Part shown: one piece after another, positions 21,241 to 29,012 of the stretch | Numbering within the stretch: position 1 is the stretch's first letter | How the letters are laid out: each line of letters opens with the position of its first letter | Assembly: GCA_964544605.1 (NCBI GenBank) | Contig: CAZJBX010000009.1 | Coordinates: 3-64,002 of the forward strand | Reading direction: 5' to 3' | From: an uncultured Burkholderiaceae bacterium | Lineage (GTDB): Bacteria > Pseudomonadota > Gammaproteobacteria > Burkholderiales > Burkholderiaceae_C | Length of the DNA stretch: 64,000 bases | The notes under the pieces: generated by a model | What the model was told of the DNA's origin: nothing | Database searches by the model: none | Seen by the model: only the letters and a program-made list of their open reading frames with translations | Program-made: the position numbers and the translations under genes

Positions 21241-22959
21241 CTAAAAGCCCTCTACCGCCTGCACCAGCAATTGCAACTTGCGTTGATTGCGCCACTCATT
21301 CGCATCCAACTGGTAGGCCAGCTTCACCTCTTGCGGCAGGCTATCGGCGCGGCCAAACCAAATCGCATCCCACTCTTGGCCGTCAATTTGCAGGCGCAGC
21401 TTGCTGTGGTTCTGCGCCTGCCCCACCAAACGCTGCTCCAGCACCCGCGCCGTATTGCTGAACACGGGCGGCGCAAAACCCTGCCCCCACACCTGCTGCG
21501 CCAGGCTGTCGTACACATCCAGCCGCATCTCCTCGGCACGCAAAGGCCCATCTGTCAGCAGCTTTTGCGCCAGCGCCTCAGGCGAGAGCAAGTCGGCTGC
21601 CACCTGCTGCCAGGCCGCCTCAAAAGCGGGCAACTGCGCACGCTCCAAAGTGCAGCCTGCCGCCATCGCATGGCCGCCAAAACGCAGCAAGACCCCTGGG
21701 GCGCGCTTGGCCAGCAAATCCAAAGCATCGCGCAAATGAAAACCCGCAATCGAGCGCCCAGAACCTTTCAGTAAGTGGGCACTCCCTTCAGCACCAGATG
21801 CTGCAAACACAAAGGTCGGCCTGTGCAAGCGGTCTTTTACCCGCGCTGCCACAATGCCCACCACCCCTTCATGAAAACCCTCATCAAACAGCACCAGCGC
21901 AGGCGGCAGCGCCGCATCTTGCGCCTGCAAAGCCGCTAACGCTTGCATGGCCTGCTCCTGCATCTCATGCTGCAAACTTTGGCGCTCTTGGTTGAAGCTG
22001 TTGAGCGCCTCGGCCCACTCTTGTGCCTGCGCCGCATCATCGGTGCGCAGGCACTCAATGCCCACACGCATATCGGCCAAACGCCCCGCCGCATTGATGC
22101 GTGGGCCAATTGCAAAGCCCAAATCTTGTGTGCTCAACTGCGCCGCCTGCTTGCCCGCAATATGCAGTAAAGCGTGCAAGCCAGCGGGCATCTTGCCCTG
22201 CCGCATCAGCGCCACACCGTGCGCCACCAAGCGGCGGTTATTCGCATCCAGCGGCACCACATCGGCCACCGTGCCCAAGGCCACCAGAGGCAACAGCGGG
22301 CCAAAATTGGGCTGGCTCTGGGCGCTGAACGCCCCCGCCTCGCGCAGCGCCTTACGCAAAGCCAGCAGCAGGTAAAAAGCTACCCCCACCCCCGCCAAAT
22401 TTTTGCTGGCAAAGCCGCAGCCCGGCTGGTTGGGGTTCAATATCGCCTCGGCCTGCGGCAGCACGGCGGCGGGCAAATGGTGGTCGGTAATCAACACCTG
22501 CAAACCCAGCGCCTGGGCACGGGCCACGCCCGCCACGCTGGCAATGCCGTTGTCCACCGTCAGCAGCACCGCAGCGCCCGTGGCCGCCACCCGCTCGCTA
22601 ATGGCGGGGGTCAAGCCATAGCCATCCACCATGCGGTCGGGCACGGTGTAATCCACCTGCTCAAAACCCAGCAGCGCCAAACCCCGCAGCAGCACCGCGC
22701 AGGCCGTGGCGCCATCGCAATCGTAGTCCGCCACAATGCAAATCTTGCGCTGCGCCGCCCGCGCCGCCAGCAGCAAGCCCACAGCGGCATCCATACCCAG
22801 CAGGCCATCGGGTGCAAGCAAATGCGCCAAACCCATATCCAGCTCAGCGGCCGTTTGCACGCCACGGTTGGCAAACAAACGCGCCAACAAAGGCGGCTGG
22901 CCGGCTTGCTCTAAAGCCCAAGCTGCGTGGGGAGAAGGGGAGCGGGTGATGATCTGCAT
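21241..22959 (-). CDS. recJ: Single-stranded-DNA-specific exonuclease RecJ
   Basis: DHH-family motifs IVADYDCDGATA, LTVDNG, ITDHH, GGHAMAAG. 572 aa. Confidence 0.95.
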   Translation of the reverse strand: MQIITRSPSPHAAWALEQAGQPPLLARLFANRGVQTAAELDMGLAHLLAPDGLLGMDAAVGLLLAARAAQRKICIVADYDCDGATACAVLLRGLALLGFEQVDYTVPDRMVDGYGLTPAISERVAATGAAVLLTVDNGIASVAGVARAQALGLQVLITDHHLPAAVLPQAEAILNPNQPGCGFASKNLAGVGVAFYLLLALRKALREAGAFSAQSQPNFGPLLPLVALGTVADVVPLDANNRRLVAHGVALMRQGKMPAGLHALLHIAGKQAAQLSTQDLGFAIGPRINAAGRLADMRVGIECLRTDDAAQAQEWAEALNSFNQERQSLQHEMQEQAMQALAALQAQDAALPPALVLFDEGFHEGVVGIVAARVKDRLHRPTFVFAASGAEGSAHLLKGSGRSIAGFHLRDALDLLAKRAPGVLLRFGGHAMAAGCTLERAQLPAFEAAWQQVAADLLSPEALAQKLLTDGPLRAEEMRLDVYDSLAQQVWGQGFAPPVFSNTARVLEQRLVGQAQNHSKLRLQIDGQEWDAIWFGRADSLPQEVKLAYQLDANEWRNQRKLQLLVQAVEGF

Positions 22960-23038
22960 GGGCGCAATTATGCGGGCCTTCCTACCCCCGTCATGGCGAA
23001 GGTTCTTTAGATCCTGTGGCCATCCCTTGCCGTATGGC

Positions 23039-23302
23039 GTGCGGCGCTCTGCGCCGCTTTAGATCAAGTGCCGAAATGAGGGCGGGAAGCCCAAAGCGCC
23101 GTCAAACGGCGCACTCCAAAATACCTGCCTTGCAGCCCAAGATTGCCACGGCAGGCTGCGCCCGCCTCTGGAGTGCGGCGCTCTGCGCCGCTTTAGATCA
23201 AGTGCCGAAATGAGTGCGGGAAGCTCAAAGCGCCGTCAAACGGCGCACTCCAAAATACCTGCCTTGCAACACAGGATTGCCACGGCAGGCTGCGCCCGCC
23301 TC
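23039..23302. repeat. 2 x 134-bp tandem direct repeat built from inverted REP-like hairpins (BIME-like)
   Basis: Copy 1 is 23039-23172; copy 2 is 23173-~23302 (about 6 mismatches). Each copy holds GGAGTGCG-hairpin-CGCTTTAG, its inverted relative (CAAAGCGCCGTCAAACGGCGCACTCC), and a third stem CCTGCC..GGCAGG. Confidence 0.85.
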
Positions 23303-23336
23303 GCCAGATGGGGTTTGTTGGGCTGCGCACATTCTC

Positions 23337-23364
23337 GTAGGGGCGTTGCATGCAACGCCCCTAC
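23337..23364. repeat. Perfect 28-nt palindromic REP (GTAGGGGCGTTGCATGCAACGCCCCTAC)
   Basis: Direct reading. Same GTAGGGGCG family as the hairpins at 15-38 and 127-150. Confidence 0.8.
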
Positions 23365-23441
23365 TGAGTCACAGCAATGACAGCATTTGTTAAGCACAGC
23401 ACAGGCCTTTATGATGGGCAGCCTAGACACAGGAGATAGGC

Positions 23442-24146
23442 ATGAGTTTGAGTTTTCCGCAAGATTTTCCCATCAGCAAAAAGTGGCCGCCGCAGCACCC
23501 CGAGCGATTGCAGCTTTATAGCTTGCTGACGCCGAATGGCCAGAAGGTGAGTGTGGCGCTGGAGGAAATGGGCATTCCTTACGAGAGCCACACCATCAAC
23601 ATCATGGCCGATGAGCAGTTTGCGCCTGAGTTTTTGCAGATTTGCCCGAACAATAAAATCCCCGCCATCATTGACCCGCATGGCCCCAATGGGCAGGCTT
23701 TGGCTTTGTTTGAGTCAGGCGCGATTTTGATTTATTTGGCCGAAAAAACGGGGCAGTTTTTGCCGCAAGATGCCGCTGGGCGCTACACCTGTTTGCAGTG
23801 GCTGATGTGGCAAATGGGTGGCGTGGGGCCGATGTTTGGCCAAGTGGGTTTTTTCCACAAATACGCGGGCAAAGATTGGGAGGACAAGCGCCCCCTGGCC
23901 CGCTATGCGAATGAGGGCCGCCGCCTGCTGGGTGTGCTGGACAAAGAGCTGGCGCAGCGCGAGTGGCTGGCGGGCGATTACAGCATTGCCGATATGGCGG
24001 TGCTGCCCTGGGTGCGGAATTTGGTGGCGCATTACGGCGCGGGTGATTTGGTCGGCATGGCTGATTTCAAGCAGGTGCAGCGGGCGCTCAGTGCATTTGA
24101 GGCGCGGCCTGCGGTGGCGAGGGTATTGGCTGAAGCGGGCCGTTAA
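23442..24146 (+). CDS. Nu-class glutathione S-transferase (YfcG/YghU-like)
   Basis: LYSLLTPNGQKVSVALEEMGIPYE...FLQICPNNKIPAIIDP matches the thioredoxin-like N-domain of Nu-class GSTs. SD AGGAGA upstream. Confidence 0.85.
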   Translation: MSLSFPQDFPISKKWPPQHPERLQLYSLLTPNGQKVSVALEEMGIPYESHTINIMADEQFAPEFLQICPNNKIPAIIDPHGPNGQALALFESGAILIYLAEKTGQFLPQDAAGRYTCLQWLMWQMGGVGPMFGQVGFFHKYAGKDWEDKRPLARYANEGRRLLGVLDKELAQREWLAGDYSIADMAVLPWVRNLVAHYGAGDLVGMADFKQVQRALSAFEARPAVARVLAEAGR

Positions 24147-24306
24147 TTTTTGCGGGCAGGCATCTGCGGGCTTGGGCGGTCTGCGGTGTTGCAAATCCTC
24201 ACCATAGCAAGACTATGGCTGCGGTTTGCGCCTAGCATCCCACGCCAATCCGCAGCGCTTGCACGCAAAAATTGCAGTCAGCAGCGATACGAAGCAGGTT
24301 CAAGCG

Positions 24307-24594
24307 CTATAGGTGTAGGTAAGGGTCTTGTTTTTGGTGAAGGATTCGAACGACTGTTAGGGCCGCTTCATCAAGCAAGAAAAAAATCACATGAGAGCCG
24401 CACAAGTATTTTTTGAACTCTGGCGATACTTCGCAGGGGCGGCCCAGCCTAGAGCCAGTGGCCAAGTTGTTGCAGGCATTCCAGATGCTTTCTGTGTATT
24501 TATCGGCCCTGTCCGCCCCCCATATTTCAGCGCCATAGTCCCAAATATCGCTCAGGTCATCGCTTGCCGCAGGGGTCAATAAGAGGCGTTTCAT
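24307..24594 (-). CDS. parE: Type II toxin, ParE/RelE family
   Basis: 95 aa. A..DL..IWDY motif (AASDDLSDIWDYGAEIWG) and C-terminal VVRILHQKQD are typical of ParE. Starts 3 nt after the parD stop. Confidence 0.85.
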   Translation of the reverse strand: MKRLLLTPAASDDLSDIWDYGAEIWGADRADKYTESIWNACNNLATGSRLGRPCEVSPEFKKYLCGSHVIFFLLDEAALTVVRILHQKQDPYLHL

Positions 24595-24597
24595 TCT

Positions 24598-24846
24598 TTA
24601 TTTTTCAAAGAATGTGGCTCGTTTCTTCGCCTTGAACGCCTCGAAGTCCAGGGGTTGGGGCTGGCCTGATGCAAGCCCTTGGGCCAGCTCTTTTTTTAGC
24701 ATTTGCACCTTGGCTTCATGCTCCTCCAAGAGCCTTAGGCCCGCTCGCACGACATCGCTAGCCGAACCATAGCGGCCCTGCTGAACCTGAACATCAATGA
24801 AATCCACAAAATGCGCCCCAAGAGCGACAGAAGTCGTGCGGCTCAT
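24598..24846 (-). CDS. parD: Type II antitoxin, ParD (ribbon-helix-helix) family
   Basis: MSRTTSVALGAHFVDFIDVQVQQGRYGSASDVVRAGLRLLEE is the ParD RHH signature. SD GGAG 8 nt upstream of ATG 24846. Confidence 0.85.
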   Translation of the reverse strand: MSRTTSVALGAHFVDFIDVQVQQGRYGSASDVVRAGLRLLEEHEAKVQMLKKELAQGLASGQPQPLDFEAFKAKKRATFFEK

Positions 24847-24858
24847 AGCCTGCTCCAG

Positions 24859-24876
24859 TGTTACCAACAAGTAACA
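24859..24876. promoter_or_regulatory. Palindromic candidate ParD operator overlapping the parDE promoter
   Basis: TGTTAC-caacaa-GTAACA lies 13 nt upstream of the parD ATG. It is flanked on the minus strand by TTGTTA (-35-like) and TAACAC (-10-like). Confidence 0.5.
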
Positions 24877-24941
24877 AATTTTAACAATCTGTGCTTTTCA
24901 GGCAAGCGCGTTGAGGCAGCTCAAAGCTCGTTGGGCTTGGG

Positions 24942-24975
24942 TAAAAAGAAAAGTGTGGCCACAAACTGCGGCCAC
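24942..24975 (-). terminator. Rho-independent terminator downstream of gabD
   Basis: Minus-strand RNA GUGGCC-gcaguuugu-GGCCAC followed by a U-rich tract (ACUUUUCUUUUU). Confidence 0.65.
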
Positions 24976-24986
24976 AAGCCGCTGCC

Positions 24987-26447
24987 TTAAACCATGGCGC
25001 CAAAGGCGATGGTTTTTTCTTCAAAATATTCGGCCATGCCTTGGTGCCCCCCTTCACGGCCCAAGCCCGATTGCTTGACGCCGCCAAAGGGGGTTTGGTC
25101 GGATGAGAGCAGGCCGCCATTGACGCTGACCATCCCGGCTTCCAGTTGTTCGGCGACGCGCCAGACGCGCTGCAAATCGCGGCTGTAGAGGTAGGCGGCC
25201 AAGCCGTATTCGGTGTCATTGGCCATACGCAGGGCTTGGGCTTCGTCCTCAAAGCGGAAGATGGAGAGCAGGGGGCCAAAGGTTTCTTCACAAGACAGGC
25301 GCATACCGTGCTGGCAATCGGCCAATACCGTGGGTGCAAAGAACTGTGCACCCAGCTCAGGCAAGGGCTGGCCGCCGACGACGGCGCGTGCGCCCTGCTG
25401 CACGGCGTTTTGCACATGGGCGTGGACTTTGGCGACGGCTTTGTCATTGATGAGGGGGCCAATGTGCACGCCTTCGGCATCGGCGGGGCCAGTTTTCAGT
25501 GCGCCGACGACGCGGCCCATGCGCTCGACCAAGGCATCGTAAATGCCGGCCTGCACCAGCACGCGGTTGGGCGAGACGCAGGCTTGGCCCGCATTGCGGA
25601 ATTTTTGCGCCATCAGGCCCGCTTCCACCACATCCAAATCGGCGTCATCAAACACCAGCACGGGGGCATTGCCGCCCAGCTCAAGGGCGAGTTTTTTCAC
25701 CGTGTCGGCGCATTGGCGCATGAGCAATTGCCCCACGCCGGTGGAGCCAGTGAAGGACAGATGCCGCACCACGGGGCTGCGGCAGAGGGTGTTGCCAATG
25801 GCGGCGGCATCAGGCCCAGCAACGATGTGCAGGCACTCGCGCGGCAGGCCCGCGCGGTAGGCCAGCTCGGCCGCAGCAATGGCCGATAGCGGCGTTAAAT
25901 CAGCGGGTTTGAGCACCACGGTGCAGCCCGCAGCCAAGGCGGGCGCGACTTTGCGCGTGACCATGGCGAGTGGAAAGTTCCACGGCGTGATGGCGGCGCA
26001 CACGCCCACGGGCTGGCGGATAACGATGGCTTTTTGCCCTGGCATGGCGGGGGTGAGGACTTCGCCATAGGCGCGTTTGGCCTCCTCGCTAAACCATTCG
26101 ACAAAGCTGGCGGCGTAGCGCACTTCGCCCGCGCCTTCGGCCAAGGGTTTGCCGTTTTCGGCGCTCAAAATGCGGGCCAAATCGCTTTCGTGTTCCAGCA
26201 GCAGCTCGTACCAGCGGCGCAGCACACGGGCGCGCTCGTAAGCGGTTTTGGCTTGCCAAGCGGGCAAGGCTTGCGCCGCGCTGGCGATGGCGGCCTCAGT
26301 TTCGGCCTCGCCCTGGGCGGGCAGGCTGGCGACGACGCTGTTGTTGGCGGGGTTGTGCACGGCAAATTGGCCCGCCGTGGGCGCAGCGCCTAGGGCTACT
26401 TGCGGCAGCAGGCTGGGGTCTTGCAGGGTGTGCAGTTGCAAAGGCAT
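24987..26447 (-). CDS. gabD: NAD(P)-dependent succinate-semialdehyde dehydrogenase
   Basis: Aldehyde dehydrogenase motifs VLKPA, LELGGNAP, catalytic Cys context FRNAGQACVSPNR. ATG at 26447 (MPLQLHTLQDP). The longer ORF to 26624 overlaps the neighbouring gene. Confidence 0.85.
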   Translation of the reverse strand: MPLQLHTLQDPSLLPQVALGAAPTAGQFAVHNPANNSVVASLPAQGEAETEAAIASAAQALPAWQAKTAYERARVLRRWYELLLEHESDLARILSAENGKPLAEGAGEVRYAASFVEWFSEEAKRAYGEVLTPAMPGQKAIVIRQPVGVCAAITPWNFPLAMVTRKVAPALAAGCTVVLKPADLTPLSAIAAAELAYRAGLPRECLHIVAGPDAAAIGNTLCRSPVVRHLSFTGSTGVGQLLMRQCADTVKKLALELGGNAPVLVFDDADLDVVEAGLMAQKFRNAGQACVSPNRVLVQAGIYDALVERMGRVVGALKTGPADAEGVHIGPLINDKAVAKVHAHVQNAVQQGARAVVGGQPLPELGAQFFAPTVLADCQHGMRLSCEETFGPLLSIFRFEDEAQALRMANDTEYGLAAYLYSRDLQRVWRVAEQLEAGMVSVNGGLLSSDQTPFGGVKQSGLGREGGHQGMAEYFEEKTIAFGAMV

Positions 26448-26515
26448 GGGGGTGTCTCCTGTTGTTCTGGGGTTTGTTGGGTGCAATATAGGCGCAAATT
26501 GTGCGCTGTGCGGCG

Positions 26516-27544
26516 CTACAGTGTTTGCAGCCACTGCCCAATCACCTGCGGCAAAAAATCGCAGCCACAAGGCAGGCTTTGTGCGGTAGGAAAGCCCACA
26601 TGCCCGCCCTGCTGCGGCTGCCACAGCCAGGTGCTGGCGCTCAATTCGTGCACAGTCGGTATGGCCTGCGCGGGCACAATCGGGTCATTGTGCGTTTGTA
26701 CCAGCAAAGTGGGCAGGCGCAGGGCGGCCAAATGCGGCTTGGCCGAGCACTTGGCCCAGTAGTCCTCAGCGCCTTTAAAACCGTGTACGGGCGCGGTGAA
26801 GTGCTCGTCGAATTCAAAAAAAGTTTTGGCCCGCAAAATCGCCTCGCCATCAAACAGGCCCGGGTGCAGGGCCAGGCGCTCCATCGCACGCGGAATCATG
26901 GTTTGCAAAAAATTACGCACATAAATGCTGCGGTGCAGGCGCTGGCTGTCCATTTGCTTGGCGCCAGCGGCCAAATCAATGGGGCTGCAAATGGCGGCCA
27001 TGGCACGGGCCACTTGGCTGGCGCTCTCGCCCATTTCTTGGCCCCAGCGCAGCAGGGCGTTGCCGCCCAAGCTCACGCCCACCAAATACAAAGGCGCGGC
27101 CTGCCCTTGCGGAGTTTGTTGTGCCGCCAGTTGCGCCTGCATGTGGCGGGCAATCCAGTCAATTTCTTCAAAATCGCCCGAATGGTAGGCCCGTGGCGCG
27201 GCGTTCACCTCGCCGCTGCAACCTCTGGCGTGGGCCACGGCAAAGCCCATGCCTTGCAGCTCGCACCAGCGCAGCAAACCGCGTGCATATTGACTGGCCG
27301 ATGAGCCTTCCAGGCCATGAAACAGCAGCACAAAACCGCGCTCGGCCTGCCACGCATGGCGGCCAAAATCCACATCCACAAAATCCCCATCGGGGCTGTG
27401 CCAGCGCTCACGGCGGTAAGCCGCAGCCACGGCCTGCTCACCATAATGCGTGCGGCCCCACAGCGCAGGCGCAATCGTTTGGCTATGGCCATCGGGCAGC
27501 CACCACGGCGGCTGGTAATCCACACTTAAAACTTGTCCACTCAT
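26516..27544 (-). CDS. Alpha/beta-fold hydrolase (YheT/ABHD-like)
   Basis: Nucleophile elbow GVSLGGN, HG oxyanion motif LLFHGLEGS, C-terminal GGHVGF. 342 aa. Confidence 0.75.
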   Translation of the reverse strand: MSGQVLSVDYQPPWWLPDGHSQTIAPALWGRTHYGEQAVAAAYRRERWHSPDGDFVDVDFGRHAWQAERGFVLLFHGLEGSSASQYARGLLRWCELQGMGFAVAHARGCSGEVNAAPRAYHSGDFEEIDWIARHMQAQLAAQQTPQGQAAPLYLVGVSLGGNALLRWGQEMGESASQVARAMAAICSPIDLAAGAKQMDSQRLHRSIYVRNFLQTMIPRAMERLALHPGLFDGEAILRAKTFFEFDEHFTAPVHGFKGAEDYWAKCSAKPHLAALRLPTLLVQTHNDPIVPAQAIPTVHELSASTWLWQPQQGGHVGFPTAQSLPCGCDFLPQVIGQWLQTL

Positions 27545-27660
27545 AGGGGGCAAATTGTGGCAGAAGCCCGTACCCGCGCCGCCTCAGCGGGTTTTGTTGT
27601 TTCGCTTGGTTTATGCTTGGCTTATACAGAGCGCCGCACAAAAAACAGGAAGGAAGAAAA

Positions 27661-28149
27661 ATGACGCAAGAACGCTTTAAACCTGGCATCACCGTGGGTG
27701 CCATCATCGAACAAAACGGTAAATTCCTACTGGTTGAAGAATGCACCAGCCAAGGCTTGGTGCTCAACAACCCCGCTGGCCACCTGGAGCCTGCCGAAGA
27801 CCTAGTGGCGGGCTGCGCCCGTGAAGTGCTGGAAGAAACTGGCTACGACTTTGTGCCCGAGCAAGTGCTGGGCATCTACCTCAACCACTACCCCAGCCAT
27901 GATGCCGCCACCCAAGGCGATGTGCGCCTGCGCCCGCACTACCTGCGCTTTGCTTTTGTCGGGCGCTTGGGTCAGCACCACCCCGAACGCGGGCTGGATA
28001 AAGGCATTGTGCGTACCGTGTGGATGACGGCCGACGAAATCCGCCGCGCGCCCAATCTGCGCAGCCCCACCGTGCTGCAATGCCTGCAAGACTACGAAGC
28101 GGGCCAGCGCTTTGGGCTGGACATGCTGCGCATGGTGAATACGGATTGA
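27661..28149 (+). CDS. Nudix hydrolase, NudJ-like
   Basis: Nudix box GHLEPAEDLVAGCAREVLEETG. Overall collinearity with my recollection of E. coli NudJ (..NLRSP..Y..GQR). Confidence 0.75.
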   Translation: MTQERFKPGITVGAIIEQNGKFLLVEECTSQGLVLNNPAGHLEPAEDLVAGCAREVLEETGYDFVPEQVLGIYLNHYPSHDAATQGDVRLRPHYLRFAFVGRLGQHHPERGLDKGIVRTVWMTADEIRRAPNLRSPTVLQCLQDYEAGQRFGLDMLRMVNTD

Positions 28150-28224
28150 GGGGTTGGGGTGGTGTGGATGAGTCACTGAAGACATGGTGCATCGTGTTTC
28201 CACATCTTGCTGTTTTCTCTTGTC

Positions 28225-28307
28225 ATTGCGGGCTTGACCCGCAATCTTAGGTGTTTGAGCGTCGCAAAAACCAAGATGCTGAATCAAGTTCAGCATGACG
28301 CAGTGGG
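28225..28307. repeat. Hairpin pair H2 (ATTGCGGG-CTTGA-CCCGCAAT, 28225-28245) and H1 (ATGCTGAA-TCAAG-TTCAGCAT, 28276-28296). 28266-28307 is the left 42-bp direct repeat.
   Basis: Direct reading. 28266-28307 matches 28884-28925 with 3 mismatches. Confidence 0.85.
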
Positions 28308-28405
28308 TGGTGCGACTTTTTGTTTTTTTTCGTCACATCTTGTCGCATGTCTTTTGCAAAATGCCCCTATCCGGCCAGCGGGCCGTATTTGCAAAAGGAA
28401 AAAGT

Positions 28406-28864
28406 ATGAACAAGTTTGAAGACAAGTTGGCTGCCAAAGCCATTGAGCGTTTGCCAGAAATCGCCAAGGTGGTGGCCAAGGACAAAACCCTGATGTACAT
28501 CCACTGGGCTGAGTTGGGCAGGCGAGATGACAGAGAGATGGGCGAGCTGATTCGGCTCAAGCTCAGCTATGAGCTGGCCGTCAATACCCTGATTATGAAG
28601 ACAACGAATTCGATGGGAGAGCGCTATTTGAAGGCTGACGGCTTGGCTGTGGTGGTGCAGCGCGTGCTGGCTCGGCCCGATGTGACAGAGGCCATTGCAG
28701 AAGGGGTGTGGCAGGTGTCGCGCATTTGGGGTGGCGAGGACATCAAGAAAAAGATTTTGGCGACCCCAGGGTACAAAGAAGAAGTTTTGCCCAAATTGCA
28801 GGGTTTTCAGCAAGAGTTGCAGGACTTTGCCGCTGAGCTGGATGCGAAGCCGGCCAAATCGTAA
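28406..28864 (+). CDS. Orphan hypothetical protein (152 aa, predicted all-alpha, no motif recognised)
   Basis: ATG 28406 preceded by AAGGAA. A sampled line (28441) is 50% G+C, versus about 60% in native genes. Bracketed by 42-bp direct repeats. The track ORF start at 28295 would read through hairpin H1. Confidence 0.6.
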   Translation: MNKFEDKLAAKAIERLPEIAKVVAKDKTLMYIHWAELGRRDDREMGELIRLKLSYELAVNTLIMKTTNSMGERYLKADGLAVVVQRVLARPDVTEAIAEGVWQVSRIWGGEDIKKKILATPGYKEEVLPKLQGFQQELQDFAAELDAKPAKS

Positions 28865-28883
28865 GGGGCCTTCGTTTGTGGCT

Positions 28884-28925
28884 GAAAACCCAGATGCTGA
28901 ATCAAGTTCAGCATGACGAAGTGGG
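28884..28925. repeat. Right 42-bp direct repeat containing hairpin H1 (28894-28914)
   Basis: GAAAACCCAGATGCTGAATCAAGTTCAGCATGACGAAGTGGG versus AAAAACCAAGATGCTGAATCAAGTTCAGCATGACGCAGTGGG at 28266-28307. Confidence 0.85.
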
Positions 28926-29012
28926 GGGGCTTGGGGAAGAAGCGTGTGGTGTGCGTGGGCCAAGGAGCCGAGCATGAGGCCCGCCCCTTGGTGGTGTGAG
29001 GCGGTTGAGCCC

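Noticed and set aside
23016-23430. ORFs 23016-23213 (+) and 23236-23430 (-) in the recJ/GST spacer as small protein genes.
   Set aside because: They are read straight through the 134-bp tandem repeat and REP palindromes, have no SD, and have repeat-derived Arg/Ala/Cys-rich composition. They were treated as repeat artefacts.
24342-24351. tRNA-like GGATTCGAAC (T-arm signature preceded by TGGTG).
   Set aside because: It lies inside the parE reading frame (encodes ..VVRILHQ..). The flanking sequence cannot form acceptor or T stems. I found no tRNA or rRNA gene in any intergenic gap.
28295-28405. Upstream start (28295) for the orphan ORF, giving a 189-aa protein.
   Set aside because: The extra 37 codons begin inside hairpin H1 and translate a T-rich spacer (..LFVFFRHILSHVFCKM..). 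ATG 28406 has a proper AAGGAA ribosome-binding site.
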